From the IMG/VR virus record IMGVR_UViG_3300017992_000452, positions 1,400-65,399 of that record: DNA of 64,000 bases, one strand, 5' to 3'. Shown here piece after piece: positions 47,215 to 57,138 of this stretch (its first letter is position 1; every line of letters starts with the position of its first letter). The notes beneath the pieces were generated by a model. It did no database searches and was not told the origin of the DNA. It saw only the letters and a program-made list of their open reading frames with translations. Position numbers and translations under genes: made by a program. Source of the stretch: a virus (taxonomy: Duplodnaviria; Caudoviricetes).

Positions 47215-47633
47215 GCATTCAGATTTCCGGGTTTGACGAAGTAATGCGAAACATCCAACGTATGGGCAATCGGGCTAATTCGTTAAAATCCGGCGCATTA
47301 GATGCCGGAGCAAAGCCTATTTATGAAACTATGGAGGATAACAACCCAAGTAAAAGATACAAGATCGCTGTCGAAAAAAGTAAGTCAGACGAAGTAGTAA
47401 TCGGTCCTGAAAAAGACTTTTTCACAGCGCATTTTCTTGAATTCGGCACAAGTCCGCACCTTATAAAACTGCGAAAAGCCAAGATACAGACAGACGGCCA
47501 AATTGTTTACGGTAAGGAAGTTAACCACCCAGGGCACGCTCCTCGACCATTCGTTGAGCCGTCTTTTATTGCGTCTAAGGAAGATGCGCAACAAGAGATT
47601 GTTAACTACCTGAGAAGGAATTTATTGCCATGA
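47211..47633 (+). CDS. HK97 gp10-like tail component
   Basis: HFLEFGT, PRPFVEP. Confidence 0.85.
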   Translation: MSIQISGFDEVMRNIQRMGNRANSLKSGALDAGAKPIYETMEDNNPSKRYKIAVEKSKSDEVVIGPEKDFFTAHFLEFGTSPHLIKLRKAKIQTDGQIVYGKEVNHPGHAPRPFVEPSFIASKEDAQQEIVNYLRRNLLP

Positions 47634-47974
47634 GTCTACGGAGTCTAGTAATGGCGACTTTAAAGGATATTGGCGTACCTGTTCGATTTATTACGTATTC
47701 GGGCGACGAGGACACGTACATTCTCTTTTATGTTTATACCGTATCTGACGCACTTTCAATGGAGGATGTAGAAACTTTCGCTAATCACTATGTTCAGATT
47801 AGTATCTTCACAAAAGACCCGACAAAATATTCAGAATTAGAAAAAGAGGTAAAGAGCCGGCTCAAACGAGCTGGCTTTTTTCGTTCAAACGAGCAGGACC
47901 TTTATGAAAACGAAACTGAGCTTTTTCACAAAGTCTTGCGTTACGGGACGACACTAAATACGGAAGAGGAGTGA
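47630..47974 (+). CDS. Tail completion protein
   Basis: Position; YVQISIF, DLYE. Confidence 0.75.
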   Translation: MSLRSLVMATLKDIGVPVRFITYSGDEDTYILFYVYTVSDALSMEDVETFANHYVQISIFTKDPTKYSELEKEVKSRLKRAGFFRSNEQDLYENETELFHKVLRYGTTLNTEEE

Positions 47975-47982
47975 AGCAACCT

Positions 47983-48564
47983 ATGGCAAAAGGCGTACGC
48001 GTAGGTTTAAAAAATATACACTTTGCGAAAATTCTAACGGAAGATGAGAACGGAGTTACTTACGATACTCCGGTTAAAATCGGAAATGCGATCGAAGCAA
48101 GTATCACACCGAACACAAACAGCGAAACTCTATATGCTGATGACGGCCCTTCAGAAGTTGAATCTTCGTTGGGAGAAACGGAAGTTGAAATCGGTATCGA
48201 TCAATTATCAACTACTGCACAGGCGTTGTTGCTCGGTCACACTATTCTTAGCGATGGTGTACTAGAGAAGAAAGAAACGGATATCGCACCGTACGGCGCA
48301 TTGCTTTTTGAGTCGGCTACTACTGGAGGGAAATCAAAACTTTATGCGCTATATAAAGGGAGATTCCAGCCGCAAGAGGAATCTTTTGCAACTAAAGGAG
48401 ATAGCCCGGAATTCCAAACAGACTCAATTTCTGGCGTATTTGTACGTCGCGATCACGACAAGGTTTGGCAACGTAGCGTATTTACGGGAGATGAGGGCGT
48501 GAAAGCAGAGGTTATTGAAAACTGGTTTAAGAAAGTTTACGAACCAACAACCTCTACTCCCTGA
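47983..48564 (+). CDS. Major tail protein
   Basis: GLKNIHFA, LYADDG, YKGRF. Confidence 0.9.
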   Translation: MAKGVRVGLKNIHFAKILTEDENGVTYDTPVKIGNAIEASITPNTNSETLYADDGPSEVESSLGETEVEIGIDQLSTTAQALLLGHTILSDGVLEKKETDIAPYGALLFESATTGGKSKLYALYKGRFQPQEESFATKGDSPEFQTDSISGVFVRRDHDKVWQRSVFTGDEGVKAEVIENWFKKVYEPTTSTP

Positions 48565-48829
48565 TGCGCCCCAGAATCTACGGTACGACAGTACGACAGA
48601 TTCTATTACAGTTGAATGGGATGCCGTAGATGGGGCAACTTCATATAACGTTTACAGAGGGGCAGACAAGAAATTCGCTGAAAACGTGACGCAACCTAAG
48701 TATGTAACAACTGGTATGAATCCGGATACTAAGCTCACAATTAACGTAACGGCTGTTAATGAGTCCGGCGAGTCTCCTATGAGCGAAATTGTGACTCAAA
48801 CGAAGATGAAAATAGAAACGGAGAGCTAA
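48560..48829 (+). CDS. FN3 extension of the major tail protein via +1 frameshift
   Basis: CCC-TGA; +1 frame PDAPQNLRYDSTTDSITVEWDAVDGATSYNVY. Confidence 0.8.
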   Translation, partial: PDAPQNLRYDSTTDSITVEWDAVDGATSYNVYRGADKKFAENVTQPKYVTTGMNPDTKLTINVTAVNESGESPMSEIVTQTKMKIETES

Positions 48830-48850
48830 GTTTTTAGCTCTCTTTTTTAT
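48822..48850 (+). terminator. Terminator-like hairpin after the tail tube gene
   Basis: AGAGCTAA/TTAGCTCT followed by T-tract. Confidence 0.65.
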
Positions 48851-48881
48851 TAAAAAAATAAAGAAATTAGGAGTGTGGGTT

Positions 48882-49217
48882 ATGCAAATCACATTAATGG
48901 TTGATGGTGAAGAGAAGGTATTTCAAGCACCTTTCGTAAAGGGGCGTATGTTGAGGGAAGCAATTAAACTCTCAAAGTCGAGCAACTTTGATGATTTGGA
49001 TGTTGAAGATTTGGACGCATTGGTAGGTTACGTAGTCCGAGTTTATGATGAACAATTCGATATCGATCAATTTTATGATGGGATTTCTTCTGAAAAACTA
49101 ATTCCTACAATTACGGAAACAATCCAACAAGTCGTTGGAACTGTAGCTGTTCCAAATGAACAAGTTGGCGAGAACAAAGAAACTGAAGCGCAGGAAATCG
49201 GTGAGGTAAAAAACTAA
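48882..49217 (+). CDS. Tail assembly chaperone (gpG-like)
   Basis: Position before tape measure; ends in A-AAA-AAC slippery site. Confidence 0.85.
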   Translation: MQITLMVDGEEKVFQAPFVKGRMLREAIKLSKSSNFDDLDVEDLDALVGYVVRVYDEQFDIDQFYDGISSEKLIPTITETIQQVVGTVAVPNEQVGENKETEAQEIGEVKN

Positions 49218-49441
49218 CACCGGGGTATATTTTACCCCTTGATGTTTTAGATCAGCTTGATAGGGATCTCAAAAAGCTCTATCTCGACAACTCCGAAAAA
49301 CCCTCGGATATCTATTACCTAGACGAAATGGACATCGGGTGGTTTTGCGAACTAATGAATTTTAGTGATGGTGGTAGCTCTCACGGAAGCGGAAAAACAC
49401 AACAAAAACTCGGCTATATCGATCAGATACCGGGTTTTTAG
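49208..49441 (+). CDS. gpGT-like extension via -1 frameshift (not in ORF track)
   Basis: -1 frame LTPGYILPLD...LDEMDI...YIDQIPGF; hairpin GGGGTA-TATTT-TACCCC just downstream of the slip site. Confidence 0.8.
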   Translation, partial: KKLTPGYILPLDVLDQLDRDLKKLYLDNSEKPSDIYYLDEMDIGWFCELMNFSDGGSSHGSGKTQQKLGYIDQIPGF

Positions 49442-49459
49442 AAGGGAGGTATCGGAGAT

Positions 49460-52400
49460 TTGGCGACTGAATCAGTCGGATCTATACGCGTTAGTTTAGG
49501 TCTAGACAACATTGACTTCTCTCGCGGCCTCCAGGACGTTAACAGAAAATTAAAGGTACTAAACTCGGAATTCAAAGCGGCAATGGCTGGCGCTGGCCGA
49601 TTCGATAACAGCCTGGATTCATTGCGTAATAAGACCGACATATTAAATCGGACTTTACAAACGCAAAAGGCGAAACTTAACGAGTTGAAGCGGCAATATG
49701 AAGAGAGCGTAAGGACGACGGGAAGGTATTCGGCACAATCCGAAAAGCTCCTCGCCCAGTATAATCGAACTGTTGCAGCGGTCCGGAAAACTGAGGATCA
49801 GTTAGACCTTCTTAACCGTAAAATGCGAGAGCAGAGCAACGGCTTCAGTCAATTAGGCGCTAAAATTAGCGCAAGCATTAAGACGATCGATACGAAGTTA
49901 CGCGTATTGGATTCGTCATTTGAGGCCGCATCAGCCGGCATAAGGGATTTCGGTTCTACTACCGAGCAACTACGACAAAAATCGGAACATCTTACGCAAT
50001 CGATCTCGTTACAAGAGCAGCGACTTAAAAACATCCGCCGACTGTATCTCGAAGCTAAACGCGCAAAAGGCGAAGATGCTCAGGCGACCCAAGAATTACG
50101 CGTTCAAATGAATCAAGCGACGGCACAACTTCGAACAACTCAAGCCGAACTGGCCGCAACGAACCGACAGATCCAATCGAACACGGGCCGTTGGAACGAG
50201 CTCGGCAACCGGATGGGTGAAGTCGGAGACCGGATGCGGGACGTTGGGGGTCGGATGCAATCTGCGGGATCTGAAATCGCGATGTCATTCGGCGTAGCGA
50301 CAGCGGCTTTAGGCGGAGGTCTTGCGGTTTCAACGAAAAAAGCGATGGACTTCGAGCAGCAGATGTCGAGCGTGAAGGCGGTCATGAATCCGGCAGAAGC
50401 CAACCAATACAGCGCTGCCCTTACGGAATTAGCCATTAAACTCGGTGCTGATACGAAATACAGTGCGCTTGAGGCTGCGCAAGGTATGGAAGAACTCGTA
50501 AAGGCCGGTGTATCTACGAAGGACATACTGAATGGCGCACTTAAGGGCGCGCTATCGCTTGCGACAGCGGGAGAATTAGAGCTTGCGGATGCGGCGGAAA
50601 TTGCGTCGACTGCACTGAATGCGTTTAAAGACGATAACATTAGCGTTGCACAGGCAGCAGATATTCTCGCAGGGGCCGCAAACTCTTCCGCAACAACGGT
50701 TGGAGAGATGCGGTATGGTCTTCAAATGACATCCGCAGTAGCAGCCGGTATGGGACTGTCTTTTAAAGACACGGCTACTACACTAGCCCTCTTCGCGCAG
50801 AATGGACTTAAAGGATCAGATGCAGGTACTTCGATGAAAACGATGTTAAGTCGTTTAGTACCTATGACAAAAGCTCAGTACGAGACAATGCACGATCTTG
50901 GTCTAGTCACCCTTGATACTTCCGAAGCTTTTAAACGTATGGCTGATAAAGGCTTCAAACCAGCGAGTAAAAATATCGGCGATATATACGAGGCACTTAA
51001 CAAGTATGTTGAAAAGACGACAGGAGCGAAGCAAGGGACTGAAAAGTTCGAGAAGGCCTTTGACAAAGCCACCCGGAGTCTTGGAATCATGGACAATAAA
51101 TTTTTTGATGCTAACGGAAATATTCGGAGTATGACAGAAATATCTGGAGAGCTTTCTAATGCGCTTGATGGTTTGTCCGCAAAAGATAAACAAGAAGCCC
51201 TTTACAATATTTTCGGTAGTGACGCTATTCGGGGCGCGTTGATTCTTGGTAAGGAAGGAAGTAAAGGCTTCGATAAAATGGCAGCTGCAATGGATAAAAT
51301 AAAGGCCGATAATGTTGCTGCTGAAAAAATGAATAACCTTAAGGGTAAAATCGAAGAACTTTCCGGTGCCGTAGAAACTGCACAAATTTCATTTGGTAAT
51401 GCGCTAACCCCAGCTATCTCTGCACTCGTTTCTATGCTTCAGAGCGCGACGGACTGGTTTAATGGTCTATCTAAAGGAATGCAATCGTTCGTAGCTATTT
51501 CTTTAGCGGTTACAACTGTAATTCTGGGCATTGTTGCAGCGTTAGGTTTTTTAATGCTTGGTGTCGGCCAAATGATATCTGGACTCGGGACTTTAATCGG
51601 TCTTTTAAAAGGTTTGATCAAAAGTGAAAAGTTTATAAAGGTTATAGGTGTTGCATTCGGAGCACTTACGAGTCCGATCGGCCTTACGGTTCTTGGTATA
51701 ACCGCGGTAGGAGCAGCTCTTGTAATCGCGTACAAAAAGTCTGAGAAATTCCGTAATTTTGTAAACGGTGCTTTTGAATCAGTTAGAAACGTGACGGTTA
51801 CGGCATTCAGCAGTATTGCGGCAGTGGTAGGCGACACATTTAATTTTATACAAAAAGCTTCGATAGCCGGATGGGGGAGATTTGCTGATGGCGTCTCCGT
51901 AATTGTTCCGGCAGTACGACAGCGATTTGTTAACGTGGCTAATTCGGTAGGTGGATTCGTTTCAAACATCGGATCGTCGATCGCAGATAGATTTGGTTCC
52001 GGACTAGCGGATAGAGCCGGCTCCGCAGTAGATTTATTCATTCAGAATTTAAGGGCTGCGTTTTCGAGTGTGGGCGGAATCGTATCGATTTTAGCGCCAA
52101 CCGTGACTGCGTTAGGGCTGGCGATGGCCGGGGTTTCCGGATCTATCGGTTTTGTCATCACTTCTCTCGTTAGTCTAGCCGGTTTTTTATTCCGACTATA
52201 TCAAACAAACGAAGAGTTCAGAGCGTCTGTACAGAACGCTTGGTCACAGATTATGTCGGTAATCGGTAACGTTGTAGCTGCGATTCAGCCAATCATTAAT
52301 CAATTTATCGGCTATTTTTCGGGTATTGCAGCAGAGCTCGCACCTGAATTCGCGAAAACGGGCGAAGTCATAATGTCCAGCATTAGTTCGTTAGGACCAA

Positions 52401-54760
52401 CGTTTACTGAGCTCGGAAATGCTTTTAGGGAATTATGGACAACGTTAGGTCAATCATTCTCTGAAATTGCGGTTCAGATAGCGCCGGTGATCCAGGAATT
52501 AGGCGTGACTTTCGCGGCGTTTTTGCCGCAAGTTGTAACGTTGGTTGGCCAGCTGATTCAGACATGGGCCTCTTTCCAAGTCCAATTTGCACAACTTATT
52601 ATGCAAGTCGCATCGGTACTATTGCCAATGTTAGCTCAAGCATTTACATCTTTGCTTCCGCTAATTTTACAAATCGTATCGTCTGTGCTTCCAGTAGTCC
52701 TACAGTTGATTCAGTCCCTTGTTCCAGTAGTAACTACTATTGCGACTACCTTGTTACCAATTTTGCTACAGGCGTTTCAGTCAATTTTCCCGCCAGTACT
52801 GGCGATAATTCAGTCTGTAGTGCCTATCGTCGCTAATCTGTTAACATCAGTTGCTCAAATCTTGAGTCAGTTGGCTGTAACCTTGCTGCCACTCATTCTG
52901 CAAGTTGTTCAGGCAGTTTTCCCTGTTGTAACAAGTATCATTCAGATTGCCATGCAGGTAGCAGTAACGGTTTTACAGTTAGTGGCAACTATAATTCGCA
53001 CTGTTCTTATCCCAGCGATCCAATTCGTGCTGAAAATTGTGCAAGTCGTGTTCCCTGTAGTTGTTAGTGTAATCCAAAATGCACTCAATATCGTGATCAA
53101 TATAGTTAAGTTTTTCACTGCGTTATTAAAAGGCAACTGGAGCGGAGTCTGGAATGCGATACTTGGGATCCTGAAAAGTATTTGGAACATAATCACCGCA
53201 GTAATCCGAGGAGCTGTAAATGTAGTTCTCACACTCTTTTCTGGATTGGTCAATGGGGCAGTTAGCGCCTGGAATTTCTTGAAGGACAGAACAGTAGGTT
53301 TGTTCAAATCAATCGGGAAATTTGCAGCTGACACGTTCCTCAACATGATCGAGGGAGCAAAGGCGTTACCAGGTAAAATTGGTGACGGGATAAAAAATAT
53401 GGCCGGCAAAGCCCTATCTGGAGTTAAATCTCTAGGAAATACGATGATCGGTGGACTTGAAGGGATTATCAATGGCTTGACGCAAAAAGGGATTAACAAG
53501 CTACTCGATACATTCGGGGTGGATAAGAAACTCCGAATCCCTAAACTCGAAATTCCGAGGTTCGCTAAAGGTACGCCAGCAGGCGGTCACAAAGGCGGTC
53601 TTGCTATTTTAGGGGATGGTGGTGGTCCGGAGTTATTCCGCACACCTTCCGGTTTCACAGGTTTAAGCCCTGGAACCGACACGCTCTTTAATCTACCGAA
53701 GGGGACGCAAGTCTTGCCTCATAAAGAAACACGCGAGGTGCTATCGTCTGGAATCCCTGCATTCAAGAAAGGTACGAAGAACAAAAGTTTCTTCGATTCT
53801 GCTATCGATGTTGGAAAATCCGCTGTTGATGCTGGTAAAGCTGCCGTAAATAGTGTGAAGGATTTCGCTTTTGATGCGTGGGAATACGTAAGCAATCCGT
53901 CAAAACTTATCGCTAAAACGATAGAAAGTCTCGGACTGAAGTTGCCGGATATCTCCGGAGCTTTCGGGACAATTGCGAAAGGTGCCTTCGGTAAAGTCAA
54001 AGATTCCGCCGTCAGCTTTATGAAAAAGAAACTCGCTGACTTTGGTGGAGCTTTCGGAAGCGGCGATAAAGCGTCCGGAAACGTTAAGCAATGGATTCGG
54101 GCGGCGATGGCTAAAACGAATTCGCCAGCTTCTTGGTTCGCTCCACTCGTTACAATTGCGATGAAAGAGTCCGGAGGCCGTACGGGTCCGTCTACAATTA
54201 ATCGTTGGGACTCGAACTGGAGACGTGGTACACCGTCAATGGGGCTTATGCAAACGATCAAACCAACGTTTGATGCGTATAAGCTTCCGGGAATGGGCGA
54301 CATCATGAATCCGGTGCACAACACGGTTGCGGCTATCCGTTATATCAAATCTCGCTATGGAAGCCCGTTTAATACTCCAGGCATCAGATCGATGGCGAAA
54401 GGCGGTCCGTACAAAGGGTATAAAATCGGCGATATTGTGACGCAAAAGCAGCTCGCCTGGATTGCAGAAGAAGGTCCAGAAGCGATTATTCCGTTGCAAA
54501 ACCATAGGCAGCGGGCGCAGCAATTATGGGCGGCGGCAGGTAGAGAAATCGGTATGGATCCGGTTGGTGGAAGTAACGAGGAGGAACTTGCTTTGCTACG
54601 GGGACAAAACGCGCTACTCAGACAGACGAACACATTGCTAACGGGGATTCTACGCAAAGATCCGAGTGTAGTTGTCGATACGGCAGCACTAACGGACAGT
54701 GTAGAAAAAGGTCAGGCACAAAACATCGGATTCAATAAGCTGCTGTGGGGTGATCGGTAA
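49460..54760 (+). CDS. Tape measure protein with C-terminal lytic transglycosylase (SLT) domain
   Basis: 1766 aa; amphipathic repeats; KESGG, GLMQ, AAIRYI. Confidence 0.93.
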   Translation: MATESVGSIRVSLGLDNIDFSRGLQDVNRKLKVLNSEFKAAMAGAGRFDNSLDSLRNKTDILNRTLQTQKAKLNELKRQYEESVRTTGRYSAQSEKLLAQYNRTVAAVRKTEDQLDLLNRKMREQSNGFSQLGAKISASIKTIDTKLRVLDSSFEAASAGIRDFGSTTEQLRQKSEHLTQSISLQEQRLKNIRRLYLEAKRAKGEDAQATQELRVQMNQATAQLRTTQAELAATNRQIQSNTGRWNELGNRMGEVGDRMRDVGGRMQSAGSEIAMSFGVATAALGGGLAVSTKKAMDFEQQMSSVKAVMNPAEANQYSAALTELAIKLGADTKYSALEAAQGMEELVKAGVSTKDILNGALKGALSLATAGELELADAAEIASTALNAFKDDNISVAQAADILAGAANSSATTVGEMRYGLQMTSAVAAGMGLSFKDTATTLALFAQNGLKGSDAGTSMKTMLSRLVPMTKAQYETMHDLGLVTLDTSEAFKRMADKGFKPASKNIGDIYEALNKYVEKTTGAKQGTEKFEKAFDKATRSLGIMDNKFFDANGNIRSMTEISGELSNALDGLSAKDKQEALYNIFGSDAIRGALILGKEGSKGFDKMAAAMDKIKADNVAAEKMNNLKGKIEELSGAVETAQISFGNALTPAISALVSMLQSATDWFNGLSKGMQSFVAISLAVTTVILGIVAALGFLMLGVGQMISGLGTLIGLLKGLIKSEKFIKVIGVAFGALTSPIGLTVLGITAVGAALVIAYKKSEKFRNFVNGAFESVRNVTVTAFSSIAAVVGDTFNFIQKASIAGWGRFADGVSVIVPAVRQRFVNVANSVGGFVSNIGSSIADRFGSGLADRAGSAVDLFIQNLRAAFSSVGGIVSILAPTVTALGLAMAGVSGSIGFVITSLVSLAGFLFRLYQTNEEFRASVQNAWSQIMSVIGNVVAAIQPIINQFIGYFSGIAAELAPEFAKTGEVIMSSISSLGPTFTELGNAFRELWTTLGQSFSEIAVQIAPVIQELGVTFAAFLPQVVTLVGQLIQTWASFQVQFAQLIMQVASVLLPMLAQAFTSLLPLILQIVSSVLPVVLQLIQSLVPVVTTIATTLLPILLQAFQSIFPPVLAIIQSVVPIVANLLTSVAQILSQLAVTLLPLILQVVQAVFPVVTSIIQIAMQVAVTVLQLVATIIRTVLIPAIQFVLKIVQVVFPVVVSVIQNALNIVINIVKFFTALLKGNWSGVWNAILGILKSIWNIITAVIRGAVNVVLTLFSGLVNGAVSAWNFLKDRTVGLFKSIGKFAADTFLNMIEGAKALPGKIGDGIKNMAGKALSGVKSLGNTMIGGLEGIINGLTQKGINKLLDTFGVDKKLRIPKLEIPRFAKGTPAGGHKGGLAILGDGGGPELFRTPSGFTGLSPGTDTLFNLPKGTQVLPHKETREVLSSGIPAFKKGTKNKSFFDSAIDVGKSAVDAGKAAVNSVKDFAFDAWEYVSNPSKLIAKTIESLGLKLPDISGAFGTIAKGAFGKVKDSAVSFMKKKLADFGGAFGSGDKASGNVKQWIRAAMAKTNSPASWFAPLVTIAMKESGGRTGPSTINRWDSNWRRGTPSMGLMQTIKPTFDAYKLPGMGDIMNPVHNTVAAIRYIKSRYGSPFNTPGIRSMAKGGPYKGYKIGDIVTQKQLAWIAEEGPEAIIPLQNHRQRAQQLWAAAGREIGMDPVGGSNEEELALLRGQNALLRQTNTLLTGILRKDPSVVVDTAALTDSVEKGQAQNIGFNKLLWGDR

Positions 54761-55582
54761 ATGGCGTATCTTACGATTATAAAAAACGGTGAAACCGTTG
54801 ATCACCGTAAATACGGCTTAAAGCTTTTGAGTTTTCGCAAGGAATCGCTAACACACCGAACTAACTTTGAAGAAATGGGAGGCAGGCATGGCGCAATAGA
54901 TACGGGAACGACTTTCGGTGAGCGAAAACTTAAAGCGACGTTTTTAATGCAAGGCGTAGACCATCTTGATTATCAGTTGATGATCGATGAGGTCTACGCT
55001 TTATTTGCGTGCGAAGATTCAATCGAATTAATAGATTCGAGACAGCCCGGTAAAGTATGGACAGTAAAACCAAGTAGCACATTTGAGCCTGACGATTTAA
55101 ACCCGAGGAGCGGTAAATTTGAGATCGAATTTACGTCTCCGTTACCGTTCGCGAGTTCGTATGGTTCTACTCTTGATCCGTTCACATTCGGCGAAGAAGT
55201 TTGGCAAATCGGGCAAGGTCTGATTCCTTCAGATAGCCTAGTTTACAGACATCAAACTACTCGATTCAGTATTTTCAATGCTGGAAATGTAGAGGTTGAT
55301 CCTTGCCTTGAAATGCCGTTGAATATCGTTTATAAAGGCGCATCCTCAAATTTTACGATCAAAAACAAAACGACCGGGCAGACGATTTCATATAACGGGA
55401 CCTCTAAGTCGACCGATTCTATAAAACTCGAAGGGCTGCGCCATCTGAAGAACGGTATTAGCATTTACGGAAATACCAATCGCGGATACATTTCATTAAA
55501 GCCAGGATGGAATGACTTCGAACTCACCGGCACGTCTGGAAGTTTCGAAATTACATTTGATTTTTTCTTTTTCTATAAGTAG
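54761..55582 (+). CDS. Distal tail protein (Dit)
   Basis: Position; LKPGWN motif. Confidence 0.85.
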   Translation: MAYLTIIKNGETVDHRKYGLKLLSFRKESLTHRTNFEEMGGRHGAIDTGTTFGERKLKATFLMQGVDHLDYQLMIDEVYALFACEDSIELIDSRQPGKVWTVKPSSTFEPDDLNPRSGKFEIEFTSPLPFASSYGSTLDPFTFGEEVWQIGQGLIPSDSLVYRHQTTRFSIFNAGNVEVDPCLEMPLNIVYKGASSNFTIKNKTTGQTISYNGTSKSTDSIKLEGLRHLKNGISIYGNTNRGYISLKPGWNDFELTGTSGSFEITFDFFFFYK

Positions 55583-55590
55583 GTGGTCGA

Positions 55591-57117
55591 ATGAAAACGA
55601 TAGCAATTAGAGACGTAACAGGTATTATGGAGCCGTTACCGGGATTTTCGGTAGTACGAACAGATGGTAGCGACGGGCAGAGATCAATAAAATTAAACGG
55701 CTATAAAACAACTACTAACCAGTACGGCTACCAGTTTGTAAAAAACGAAAATACAGTTGTCTACGATGACGAAGAGTACATCATCAAAACACATCGCGAA
55801 AGAACGTACCGGAAAGGCGTCGGAGTTGAGGCAACGGCCATTCATCGCATCTTTGACGACTTGAGGAACAATTACATTTACGATGAGAAGACGGGCACGC
55901 TCCGATTGGATGCGATGCTCTCTTTTGCATTGGAGGGAAGCGGCTACACATTCGAAATTGATACGATGGATTTACCAACGTCAGTCAGAGTTGAAAATTT
56001 CGGATGGAATAACTCTCTTGCTCTTTTCAGAGACATTCTCGAAAAGTTCGGTGCAGAGTTCGACTACAAAGGTAAGAAAATCTATATCGCTAAAAAATTC
56101 GGTATCCAAAGAGATGAACCTTTTCTGCGTTATAGATTCAACGTAAAGGACCCGGAAAAAGAGATTGATACAAGCAGTTTCGCAACGTATATTCGAGGTT
56201 ACGGAAAGAAAGACGATAAAGGAAACTATTTGTTTGCCGAGTACACAAGTCCTTTAGCCAAAATATACGGTATTAAGCATGCTGACCCGGTTAAAGATGA
56301 GCGGTACACAGACAAAGATAGTCTTCTCAACGCAATGAAAAAGCAGCTCACCGATAACATCGATATTTCTCTTACCTTTACAGCCATTGAACTTGAAAGT
56401 ATGGGACTCAAGGATATTAAAAAGGGTGATTATGTTTGGTGTGTGATTGAACCGTTTGACTTAAATGTTCAATTACGAGCTGTAAGCAGAGAAGATTACT
56501 CTGATGAAACCAAGTCACCTACGTTTACTTTTGGGACTATTACGAAAAAAGCTTCGGATATTATCGCGAGCTTTAATACGACAAAAAAAGCGGTTGACAA
56601 GGTTATCGATACGTCTACCGGAAAAATAAAAGACTCCGCAATTGACACGACGGGCCTCACAACGAAATCCGAGTTTCAGTCGCACGTAGATAACAAGATA
56701 GTGCACATAACAGCAGAAGAAAGAGCTGCTTGGAACGCGGCTTCAAATTCAATCGGTGATTTAACTTTTATCACCTGGAGCACGCCAACTCTTAAAAATG
56801 GTTGGATTCAGTATACGGAGAATACCGGAAGCTATCCGATTCAGTATGGAAAGGATGCGATAGGGACGGTCAATATCAGAGGAGCTGTTTCGTCAGGGGT
56901 AGTCGGATCTTCAACTCCAGTCTTTACTTTGCCCGCTGGTTATAGACCGCCGTTTCCTCATCTTTTTATCGGTGTTTCATCTGTCGCAACAGACGGTACT
57001 CCTCAGTATTTTCGCGGGATTATAAAGACGAACGGGGATGTTTGCATTGAGAATGTCTCAAACAAAGATACTCCCAATCAGTTTATCGGTATCTATACGC
57101 AATTTAAAGCGATTTAA
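55591..57117 (+). CDS. Baseplate hub/Tal-like tail protein
   Basis: TYIRGYGK, EYTSPLA.YG, DERY; C-terminal fibre-like domain. Confidence 0.8.
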   Translation: MKTIAIRDVTGIMEPLPGFSVVRTDGSDGQRSIKLNGYKTTTNQYGYQFVKNENTVVYDDEEYIIKTHRERTYRKGVGVEATAIHRIFDDLRNNYIYDEKTGTLRLDAMLSFALEGSGYTFEIDTMDLPTSVRVENFGWNNSLALFRDILEKFGAEFDYKGKKIYIAKKFGIQRDEPFLRYRFNVKDPEKEIDTSSFATYIRGYGKKDDKGNYLFAEYTSPLAKIYGIKHADPVKDERYTDKDSLLNAMKKQLTDNIDISLTFTAIELESMGLKDIKKGDYVWCVIEPFDLNVQLRAVSREDYSDETKSPTFTFGTITKKASDIIASFNTTKKAVDKVIDTSTGKIKDSAIDTTGLTTKSEFQSHVDNKIVHITAEERAAWNAASNSIGDLTFITWSTPTLKNGWIQYTENTGSYPIQYGKDAIGTVNIRGAVSSGVVGSSTPVFTLPAGYRPPFPHLFIGVSSVATDGTPQYFRGIIKTNGDVCIENVSNKDTPNQFIGIYTQFKAI

Positions 57118-57138
57118 AAATATCGGAGGTGATAACGC

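Noticed and set aside
49849-54657. Many long minus-strand ORFs inside the tape measure gene
   Set aside because: Antisense shadows of a repetitive coding sequence
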